From: Euglena gracilis
Lineage: Eukaryota
DNA: 64,000 nt
Assembly (NCBI GenBank): GCA_039621445.1
Contig: CP154954.1
Coordinates: 10,807,521-10,871,520 of the forward strand
Direction of reading: 5' to 3'
Shown here: positions 1 through 9,757 of the stretch, in pieces
Layout of the letters: each line of letters starts with the position of its first letter
Numbering within the stretch: position 1 is the stretch's first letter
Translations under genes and position numbers: made by a program
Notes under the pieces: model-generated
The model's input: only the letters and a program-made list of their open reading frames with translations
The model's database searches: none
What the model was told of the DNA's origin: nothing

Positions 1-399
1 TTTCGGGGGGTCTGGAAATGACGATGACCGAAATACCGTCCCCTTGTAATCCTGCAATACTTCATCCCTCAACTTGGCCACCCGTTCATCCTCTTTTTGG
101 TCCTCCCCCTCCCTTGCAATTATCATTTGGTTGATAACTTGCACTGGGGGGTCACTTCCCTCCAAATTTCTGGCAACCTCCCCCAAGTCCTCGTCACTCA
201 AAAAGTGCAATTCCTGGTCCAACCCTTCCAAAGGCAAACAAAGACCACGTTTTTGCAACCCACACGAAGACCCCTCCGCCGCAGTCACACTGTCCACTGA
301 AAAATTTGTGTCATCCTGAATTTTTGTGGACCCCTCCATCTTTCAACACCCCGCAAAAAAACCAGGTCGGGGCTGTCTTTCACCAACGCCTTGTGGTGT

Positions 400-740
400 G
401 GAAAAATTCACAGTTTTGCCTCCGCCAACCAAGGATTAGAAAGAATTGCCTCAACTTTGATGTTTGCCTCATGAAATTCAACCTCACATTCCACACACTC
501 AGGGTCCCTTTCCTCATTCCAGCTTTGTTGAAGGATCATTTTCACCTTAGCACATCTGCTCCCCCCCCGTCAAAGTTTGCCCATTGGCAGTTTCAAACCT
601 TAACGGGTCCTCAGCAAGATACACTAGGTGGTCCCCTATCAACCCTTGTCGAATGAGGTTTGTCCTCGTGTCAATCAAAATTCGGGCTGTTTTCTCCTCC
701 CCATTTGCCAACCGTATCTGTGTTTTTAACAGCAGTTGTC
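400..740 (-). pseudogene. Retroviral-type aspartic protease domain (degenerate)
   Basis: QLLLKTQIRLANGEEKTARILIDT(R)TNLIR...PLRFETANGQTLTGG, then after a frameshift ...VEAILSNPWL. This matches the retropepsin D-T-G and ILG-x-x-W-L motifs, with the catalytic motif damaged. Confidence 0.8.
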
Positions 741-859
741 TGTCCTCCCCAAGTTTCTTCGCTCCTCCCCGAGTTTTTGTCCCCCTCAACGTGCTTTTTT
801 CAGCCACACCAATTTTCTCTTCCCTGGGGCTGCCCCCCCCCCCTGGGAGGGTTGCCTTC

Positions 860-1026
860 TATCGATCAACAAGGCCCACACCCCCCAACGGGTACCCCTC
901 AAAATACTCCCATCATCCTCAGACAACTTTGTCCCCTTGGGAAAATAAATCTTTTTGACAGCCGTAGCCAACAGATTTTTAACCCACCTCCTACTCCAGT
1001 CTGGGCAAATACAAATTGCCCGACAC
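860..1026 (-). pseudogene. C-terminal half of an N6-adenine DNA methyltransferase domain
   Basis: CRAICICPDWSRRWVKNLL...IYFPKG...RWGVWALLID. It continues the + strand piece ending ...EKLKNS at 1755 and fits the hhhhP-x-W-x3-W segment of Dam-like/DIRS-type MT domains. Confidence 0.7.
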
Positions 1027-1245
1027 GTCAATTTTCAGATTGGGGATACCAAAAACCAACCCCGATCTGGGGGAGTGAAAATCTGAGCAAGCTGCAGAAC
1101 AAACTCTGCGATGGCCAGACCTGCCCGAATTTTATTACTGAGGGGAGGAGTCACCGAGAAAAGCTGGGAGGGTAGGGAATATCAGTTGGCACCCAGAAAA
1201 AATGGAGGATGCCCAAGCAACTGGTGGATAATTTGTTAACCGTGT
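1027..1245 (+). pseudogene. C-terminal half of a C5-cytosine DNA methyltransferase domain
   Basis: (C)QFSDWGYQKPTPIWGS...KLCDGQTC...HREKLGG, then after a frameshift KKWRMPKQLVDNLL. It continues the - strand piece that ends ...VHVDY at 1757. Confidence 0.75.
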
Positions 1246-1269
1246 TGGAACAAAAAAGCGGATAACGTG

Positions 1270-1529
1270 ACCCCCCCCCCCTATTTGTCCCCCCCCCCTA
1301 ATTGGCCAGAGCCCAGGTGGCCAATTAGGGGGGGGGGGGTTACTCATTTCAAGGGAAAATGCCTTTATTCGGGTGTTTTACGGGGGTTCGCGACTATGAA
1401 GGACGGGGTCCAAGTGGCCAATTAGGGGGGGGGTAGGGGTAACCCCCCCCCTAATTGTCCCCCCCCCCCCTAATTGGCCAGAAGGGGGGTCCGGGCCGCC
1501 CGGAGGGCGGCCAAATAGGGGGGGGGGGT
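1270..1529. mobile_element. MITE-like insertion between the two methyltransferase domains
   Basis: Ends acccccccccccctattt ... aaatagggggggggggt are inverted repeats; internal ctaattggcca/tggccaattag repeats. Confidence 0.6.
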
Positions 1530-1539
1530 GTTGGTAGGG

Positions 1540-1757
1540 TTATGCTCTTAGGAAAGTTTGAATGGATGAAATTGAGAAAGAATTTCAGGTTACGCAGAAA
1601 GGGATTGTTTTGCAACCAGCCAAAATGCCAGGTGTGAAAAGTTTTGTGGTGCGGATGATGATGGCATGAAAAAGGAATGGGGGGCGGACGAAACGTTGTT
1701 GATGAACCCCCCCTGGACTTTGTGGCCTGAGGTGGCTGAAAAATTGAAAAATTCCAA
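1540..1757 (+). pseudogene. N-terminal half of an N6-adenine DNA methyltransferase domain (NPPW catalytic motif)
   Basis: RDCFATSQNARCEKFCGADDDGMKKEWGADETLLMNPPWTLWPEVAEKLKNS: D-x-FA-x3-N, a conserved W, and NPPW at 1705-1716, as in phage Dam-like and DIRS MT domains. Confidence 0.8.
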
Positions 1758-1995
1758 TAATCAACATGGACAAAAGTCAGATTTTGAACACCGGGTCTTT
1801 TCCGCAAAAGCCCATGAAAGGGATTCTCACTCCACCACAACTTTGGTTTGAAATATTCGACAATTTCCAAAGTTTTTTTGACCAGCCAATCTGCCCCCTC
1901 CAAATTTCTGACTCCCAACGTTTTCGCCACGGTATATTCTGTACATGGCAACCCCGCAGCGATGATCTGAAAATATCCGGGGGGGGGACCTCCAA
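1756..1995 (-). pseudogene. Central catalytic part of a C5-cytosine DNA methyltransferase
   Basis: GYFQIIAAGLPCTEYTVAKT...ADWLVKKTLEIVEYFKPKLWWSENPFHGLLRKR...VHVDY: motif IV PC at 1948-1943 and motif VI ENP at 1828-1820. SAM-binding motif I is not in the window. Confidence 0.85.
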
Positions 1996-2014
1996 TATCT
2001 CAAGGCGATGCAGC

Positions 2015-2713
2015 TACCCCCTACCAAAAATTGAAGACATTTTGGTCAAACATGGAGCAAACCAAATGTTTTCGATTATCGATTTGAAGCAAGCTTTTCA
2101 CCAACAACCCTTACACCCAGAAAGCCGACCCATAACGTGTTGTTCCCCCAAAGGCATTTTTCAGTGGAGGGTAAATGTAATGGGTTTGACGAATGCCCCC
2201 CAACAATTTCAGCAAATGATCGATGACCGTTTGACACCAGTAAGTGATATAGCCACAGGGTGCATAGACGACATACTGGTACACATGAAAAAGATTTCAG
2301 GAGGGTGTTGGAAGTGCTCAAAACAGAACATTTGGAGGCTGGTGAATTCAAAGCCAAACTTTTTGTGGAGGAGGGTGAATTTGTGGATAGATTTTAGGAA
2401 ATGGGACTAGGAGGCCAGCACCGGGTAAGTTACGAGCGATCGAAAAGTGGGAAGTTCCAAAAAATTACGGCTTTGAGGGCCTTTTTGTGATTCACAAATT
2501 ATTACAATGCACACATTCACATGTATGTGGAAGTAGCTGCCGATTGCAAGACAAATTGAAAGTCCCCAGGGAGCTGGGAAAGAAAGGAAGTCGAAAACCT
2601 GCGGAATTTGATGGGGCGGATTTAAAAGCTTTTGAGGAGCTGAAAAAAAGGTTGTGTTCGGGCCTAATGTTGCAACGAGTAGACCCAGATAAACTCTTTG
2701 TGCTAAGGGTTGA
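2015..2713 (+). pseudogene. Ty3/gypsy reverse transcriptase plus connection/start of RNase H (degenerate, truncated)
   Basis: YPLPKIEDIL...FSIIDLKQAFHQ...MGLTNAPQQFQ...CIDDILV (YxDD mutated to CIDD at 2261-2272), later AFEELKKRL...LFVLRVD; frameshifted. Confidence 0.92.
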
Positions 2714-3894
2714 TCACATCCTGGGCTGTGGGTCTTCCTCTCCCCTCCTTCATTTGCTCTACTAACGTTGCCCCCACGGCGTACCCACTGGCATGAGAAA
2801 AAAACTGTGCCAGTGGCCTTTCTGTCTCAACACCGGGGGGGGGGGGGCCAACTGTACTGCCAACCCCCCCCCCTCAAAATCGGCCAAAAAACCAGCACCG
2901 AAGGCGCCGGAATTTTTTTAAAGGCCTTTTTTTTGGTCTAAAAAGGCCATTTTTGGTGTCAAAATTTCATCTGTCTCGGGGGGGTCGGCACTGGGGGGGG
3001 GGGCGAAAATCCCAACTGAAACCGTGTTTGGGCCGATTTCGAGACTTTAAAAGTCTTAAATCTTTGCCCAAAACACGGTTTCAAACAAGAACAGTGTTTT
3101 GGGCCAAGGTTTTAGGGGGGCCCAGGGGCTCCCCCTAACTCTTGGCCCAAACACAGTTCTTGACACAGTACAGGGGGGGGGGTCCCCCAAAAACCCCAAC
3201 TGTACTGCCGTCGCCCCACTGGTACCACGCTTTCCTACCCAGTTGGTAATCCTACCCAGTTGGACTCCTTGCTGCTGCATAACTCGGTCCAGGCGGAAGT
3301 TGGGGCTTTTAACGTTGATTGGTTTCTCCACAGCTTCCTTATGGTTGGTCTGCGTTGCTTTGTGGTTGACTTTTGGTGGACACGAACAATGGCTGGCCGA
3401 TGGCTGCACCGGGCTATCCTTTGCAGCCTTCTTCTTTGCTTCTTTGGAACATGTTATATCAAACAAGGTTGATTTCAAAATTTGTAATTTTTTATTCAGA
3501 CTTTTGTTGCTGTCATGCAAGGAGACTCTCTCCCCCCCTTTTTTTGTTTGGAGTTACTTTTCCGTGAGCAAATGAAATTCCTGGATCTATTTTTGACAAG
3601 TTTCGAAAAATAGCCACATATTACACTGGTAGCCACCCAACTTGTAAACCCGGGGTTTATGGGATCTGTTTTGGTTAGCCAAAGGTTTATAAATGGGGTG
3701 TTAATAAGTCAAGGAATTGTCGGTGAAAACCTGACCCCCCAACATGACCCCCAAATCCACCGAAATCGGCAGTTTTCGGTAGATTTGGTCAAAAATGATG
3801 ATGGTGATGGTCGGCCGCAAAAAAAAAATGCCAAAAATGAGTTTTCGGGTGGTTTGCGGCTGAAAAAGTCGTCCCTGGCGGGGGGTTGCTATAT

Positions 3895-4174
3895 CCTGGG
3901 GGGGGGGGGAGTGGGGGTCGACCGAGAGCGACCATGGTCGCTCTCGGTCGATCTCAATCGTGGGCCTGTGAATGTCAAAAAGTGTTTAACCGGGCAAATT
4001 GCCGCAACATACAAGCAAAAGGCGTTACACACACAAGGGATTTTGTTATTTTAGGGCCCTGGAACAGTTGCCTACGCCGCTACATGGCAAAAAAGGTGAA
4101 AAAAAATCCCGGTAGGAATCACCCATAGCGACCGAGAGCGACCATGGTCGACCCCCACTACCCCCCCCCCCCAG
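3895..4174. mobile_element. Small inverted-repeat element (MITE-like)
   Basis: cctgg(g)n agtgggggtcgacc at the left mirrors ggtcgacccccacta(c)n cagg at the right; internal palindrome cgaccgagagcgaccatggtcgctctcggtcg. Confidence 0.55.
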
Positions 4175-4703
4175 GCCAGAACCGGGAGCCGTCCCTGGCG
4201 GCTTTCAAAAATTTTCTTCCCCAGGGGGGGTTATGGTTGGTTGGCCCGAGGGGGGGGGGTATAAGCAGAGGGCAGATATGAGTGAAGGGGTCGGTGCGAA
4301 AGCGTGGGAAAATTATTTGGAATTGCTCCAAAGGTGGCCCAATATTTTGTGGGGGGGGGGTCCCGTGCGAGGTGGGCCTCCCTCTCAAACCCCATCTCAG
4401 AGAAGCTTGAATGCAGTGGGTGTATGAAATCAACCGTGGTTGCACTCTTTCTCCTCCAATTGCATCGATAAAATTATTTTCATCTCCCCAACCATTTACT
4501 GCAATACCACACACGATGGTAGCAGCTCCACGCGCTTTTGTGTTTTACCATATGCGCCAAAGGGACGAGCAAACGCCTCCAACAATGGGGGCTTTGCATG
4601 GCGACCCTTTTGGGATGAACTCGCAAAGGAAAGAGCATGTGGAGGGCGAAGTTCACCCCAGTGGTGATATGGTGTGTCTACCATGTGTATTGCCACATCC
4701 TGA

Positions 4704-6360
4704 GTGCCAAACGGTAGACTGGGGGGGGGGTAGTGGGTAGTCGGCCGACTAGTCGACCGACTAGTCGGCCGACCAATTGGGTATTCGGCCGACTAATTGG
4801 TCGGCCGACTAGTCGGCGGACCAATTGGGTAGTCGGCCGACTAGTCGGCCGACAACCCCGACTAGTCGGCCGACTACCCACTCTAATGTATTAACGGGTC
4901 AAAACCGCCGACTTTTAAGCCCCCCCTCCGGGAAATTTTTTTTTGTCTAAATCACCTCAACACCAGTCAAAACCCACCCAAATGGCTCCAGAACCCCCCA
5001 AGCGGGGGTGAATATGCAAAAAAATTGGGGAAAATGTCCATTTTGGGCCACTTTTGACAAAAGTACACCTCCCATTGAATTTTCAATGTAAGTCAAAATT
5101 TGCACAAAAAAAGGTATTATCCCTCCAAGTCTATTGCCAATATAGAAGGGATTTTGTTATTTGAGGGGGGGGTGCGGGGGGGGGGGGCGGAGCCCCCCCC
5201 CCCCCCCGCCTATGCCAAAGTGAGCCACAAGAACGACTTAGCCCCCGAGTATGTTGCCAACACAGAAGGGATTTTGTTATTTGAGGGGGGGTGTGGGGGG
5301 GGGGGGGGCGGAGCCCCCCCCCCCACCTATGCCAAAGTGAGCCACAAGAACGACTTAGCCCCCGAGTATGTTGCCAACACAGAAGGGATTTTGTTATTTG
5401 AGGTGATGCATGCAGATTGCAGATTGCATTTCTAAAGGATTTTAATGTACCATGCCCCCAATGCCCACCCCCCCCCCCCCCCCCCCCCCCAATGCCCCCC
5501 CCAACCCCCCCTGCCCCCCACCCATCCCCACCCCCCCCCCCCCCCCCCCCACCCTCCACCCCCCCCCGAGCTATTCCCGTCCCCGGGACCCTTTACGGCC
5601 CAATGGGAACAGTACGGGGGGGGGGGAACAGCTCGGGGGGGGGGACCTAGGTCCCCCACCCCAAGCTATTCCCATACCCGACCCTCAGGCAACCCAAAAG
5701 GGGTCATTTTTGGCAACTTTTTGGATGTAAAAAAAAAAGGTCAATTTTGAGCACATTTGCCAAAAGGTGATTTTTGAAAATGGTCCAAAAACGTCGATTT
5801 TTGACCACTTTCTTAGGAAGTTCTTTATAAAAAGTGCTATGACAGTGAGCTATTCCCGTACCCCCAATGGGAATAGCTCGGGGGGGGGGAATAGCTCGGG
5901 GGGGGGAATAGCTCGGGGGGGGGGGGATGGTAATCCCTGTTTCATCATTGGTTTTTTACCCCTCCGGACCCCCATCAAGGGCCCACCGACCCCCCACTGA
6001 CCAAAGATTTCCATCTGGGGGTGTTTATTTTAGGCGTAAGACACTTATTTGGACCCATCCGGACCATTTCCGGGTGATTTGGGCCCACCACAGACCATTT
6101 TTATGACCGCCGACTAGCCACCGACTAGTTTGCGTTGGATTTTGTTCATGGGGGGGGAGCTTAAAAATCGGCGGTTTTGACCCGTTAGTACATTAGAGTG
6201 GGTAGTCGGCCGACTAGTTGGCTGACTGCCCACTACCCCCCCCCCCCCTGTCTCGCCGACTAGCTACCGACTAGGCCTAGTCGGCGGACCAATTGGGTAG
6301 TCGGCCGACTAGTCGGCCGACTACCCACTACCCCCCCCCCCCCAGTCTACCGCCTTGCGC
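4704..6360. mobile_element. Non-autonomous Mutator-like (MULE) DNA transposon with long TIRs and nested repeats
   Basis: 11-bp direct repeat ccacatcctga at 4693-4703 and 6361-6371. About 200-bp imperfect TIRs (cggtagactgg(g)n tagtgggtagtcggccgactag...actctaatgtattaacgggtcaaaaccgccga, with the reverse complement at ~6150-6360). G...C termini. Contains a ~120-bp tandem repeat (~5130-5403) and a nested gagctattccc/gggaatagctc element (~5550-5930). Confidence 0.75.
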
Positions 6361-8378
6361 CCACATCCTGATCATTCTTGTGTAAATTTATCACAAAAAG
6401 TGGGTAGGATGCTTTGGGTGAAGAAAAAAGCCGGCACCCTGAACGTCGCCATTATTTCAACATCCATCTTGCTTCTTTTTAATTAGAAAGCCCCCCTTTG
6501 TGGGTGGCCTGCCCCGGATTCCGGTGCAAAGAGCCAGTGAATTTGAAAGGCCTTCGGAAGGCCCGATTTTGGAGCCCCCCCCAAACCTCGTTCATCCCAA
6601 CCCCTTCGCCTGGGACCACGTTTGTTGGGTCAGGGGGGGCAAGGATTTATATCGAGAACTGCACAGATGCCGGTTTGGGCAAGGAGCCAGTGCTTGGGAC
6701 GCCGGTTCGGGCGGTAGCCCAAACTGGCGTCCCAGGCACCGGCTTCACGGCCGAACCGGTGTATGGGACACACCGTTTCTCCGAACCGGTGGCTGAGGAA
6801 TCACGGCCAATTTCGTCCCAAATACCCATGTTTGGGGCAGTTTTGGGCGATTTTGGCCGAAATGGGCCGCCGGTTGCAATTGGCAGATTCCACACTTCTG
6901 AGGCCATGTTGCTCAACAATCGAAGCTCTTCTCAAGGGCTTTCAGCAGATGGCCTCAGAATTTCGCCATAATGCACATTGCTCGTATTTTCAGCAATCGT
7001 GTGTTCCGAAATTTGACATCTGAATTTGTCAAATCCCAAATCTCAGGTTGCATATTGCACATCAAAGGAAAGCTCTCCCCAAGACCTTTCGCTTGGTAGC
7101 CACAGAACTCAACTACAATGCACAGCGCTCTGAAAATTGGCGATCACATTTTCTGACCCTGTTTGCAAAGTCGAAATTCCATTTCAGCTGCCATGTTGCC
7201 CTTCGATTGAAAGCTCTTCTCAAGGGCAGATGGCCTTAGATTCAGCCACGTTGCATGGTATTCTATTTCAGAAATTCCCCAAAATTGTTGTGCAAAGAAC
7301 CCCAATTTCTGGCATAAGACCTCCCAAAAAAGAAACTGCTCAGATGTTATTGCCACATGTCTACAAACCCTTTTGGATACTTTCTGGCACTTTTTATTTT
7401 GGGTCCAGACGCCGGTTTCATGCCTGAACCTGCATCTGGGATGCCGGTTCGGCGCAGAAATTTCCCGCCCGAGTTGGCATCCCAGACGCTGGTTCGGGCG
7501 TGAACCCAGAGCCCCCAGACACGGTTTCAAAATTTTCGAAATGGACACTTTTGGAGGTTTTTTAAACGCTTTTGGTAGCAGTTGACAATCAATTCCAACA
7601 CAACAACAACATTTATGACTTGTGGTATCCAACCCCCCCCCCCACCGTTGTTGTCCTAAGCCCTCTCCAAATCCAGCTTGCCATTGGTGATGATGGGTTA
7701 CATTAACCTTTTTTCCCACCCTAAACTTTGTTCCATTTACATTTTCCCTGAAAAGCCCAACAAAAAATCTTTCAAATCAAGAAATCAAAAAATCAAAAAT
7801 CTTTCTGCCAGTGAGAATTTTATGAAGAACAGTGATAATTTCAAAGTCTGCAACAATTACTGCCTAAAACTCGCCGACATTCTCCACATCTTAAATTGTA
7901 TTGCGAAATAATCACAAAAAGGGCAGAAAAATGAAGTGTTTTACTCATGTTGTTCACATTTTAATTTCCAACGCGTGGACCAACACTTCGAAAGAAAACA
8001 GGCGATTTGTACTGTCCCCCCCCCCCCGCACAGGTCATTTACAGAGGAGGTGGTCTGAGGGCAGCAACACAAGTGCATAATTGGGGCCCCTCAGGGTTCA
8101 ATATCAGGAGGAACTGAGGTTTGGGGGGGGTCCCCCACCCCACCCTGGACCATTGGTTGTGGGGTCCAGATCCCCCCACGTGCCAAGGGTAGCCCAGGGG
8201 AGAGCCAGGAGCCTCTCAAATTCTCCTCCAGTGTGCGTATTACTTTCTCTTTTCTTTGCTAAGAAATTTTCCCTCAAAACTGCACAAAATCTGTAACTCA
8301 GTCAACTTTTCGGCCCAGAGCTTTGTCCGATTGATAAGCCACTCAACACCCCCTCCCCCCCCTTCCCCCCCTCCCCAG

Positions 8379-9725
8379 TTGATCCCAGGTGCGGTGCTGG
8401 CCGTGGGCGTGCTCCTCACCTGCCTCATTGCAAAATTGCAACAGTATGGCAGCCGCTCCAGCCTGGAGGCCCAAGAGCATCGGGAGATGGAGGCGCTGAT
8501 GATGGCCGCTACAGGTGGCTGCGTTCTGCTTGCTTACTCTTCCCGCCCAGAAGTTATAATCTGCCTTTACTCATTATCTATCCAGCGATTTTATTTTTTG
8601 ATACAAAATGCAACTCAGAAATACCATAACAATCCGTCAATGAAAAACTTGATATTTGGTACTTTTATCATTATTTCACATTGAAATCAGCCTTTGCTGC
8701 TTGACTCTGAAAGAAACTTTGAACACAGTACAAATGGCCACTTAAGAGGAAATGTTCAAGAAAGATTAAATTGAATGACATCATTTTGGATTGTGAGACA
8801 GTTTTCCCCATGACACCAAGGACTTTGAGATACATTTTTATTTGGCTGCTGCTTTCCCAAAATCAATTTTGCAATTACTCTCACCCCCCTATTTGGCATT
8901 GCTTCAGACCCCCCCATTAACCAATTGGGGGGGGGGCTTGAGGACCCCTACCCCTAATTTTTTTCCTGTGCAAATTTGTTGATTTTTTGTGCATGGCTGG
9001 ATTCGCCATGTCTTTTCCTTTCCAGCAATTTTAAGATTTTCGATTTTCGGACGTTTCTGGGAATTTTTGAGCCTTTTTTGCGGCCTTGCCGAAATTCGCC
9101 TGACTTGTCCCGGAGGCCAATTGGCCAATGGGGGGCAAATGGCGAAAGTACCTCATTTCTTTTGTGTGCTCAAGCTGAACAAACCTGGAGTTCAGAAACG
9201 ATTCCAATTAGTTTTCTATTTCCAATGCATTCTATTTGGTTGCTTTCTCTTTCTCAGGCGAAATTGAGGAAGATGGTCAACGGTCGTTTGCATTTCCAAA
9301 GGTTTCCTTCCGTGGTGTCAACATGACGCAACAACAGCCCACCAACAACATGAGACACAACATTTAATACACGTTTTCAACTAATGTGCAAAGTATTACA
9401 GTTATTGCTTTCTGTGACTGTAAGGTGAGTTTGAAAACTCACCTTGCAACCCTCAAGGCACACAGCTGAAGTGGGGTATGATGTTGTGTCATATGTGTTG
9501 TGTGATGAGCTTGTTGATGTCCCCAGGAGCCCCCTCCCAATTAACAACCCTCCCCTCAAATCAGAAGCTTCCGACCAATAATTCAAGAAGCAGCCTTCAA
9601 GGCGGCCCAGCACATTCGACCGAACATTGGTAGAAAATGGATGGAAAATTTGCAATCTTTTCATCATCATCATCATCACCACCACCACCACCACCACCAC
9701 CACCACCACCACCACCACCACCACC

Positions 9726-9757
<32 letters not shown>

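Larger units (their letters stand above)
1..2713. mobile_element. Degenerate, internally rearranged Ty3/gypsy-type retrotransposon (C5-MTase, N6-MTase, aspartic protease, RT, start of RNase H); runs off the left window edge
   Basis: Protease and pre-RT linker on - strand (~740 down to 1, ending DYKGTVFRSSSFPDPPE). RT on + strand from 2015. Two methyltransferase domains split across strands at 860-1995. Frameshifts and stops throughout. No LTR visible in the window. Confidence 0.85.

Noticed and set aside
1766-2410. 214-aa + strand ORF as an intact RT gene
   Set aside because: Its first ~80 codons are the antisense of the C5-MTase; the RT part is 5'-truncated, has CIDD in place of YxDD and frameshifts downstream.
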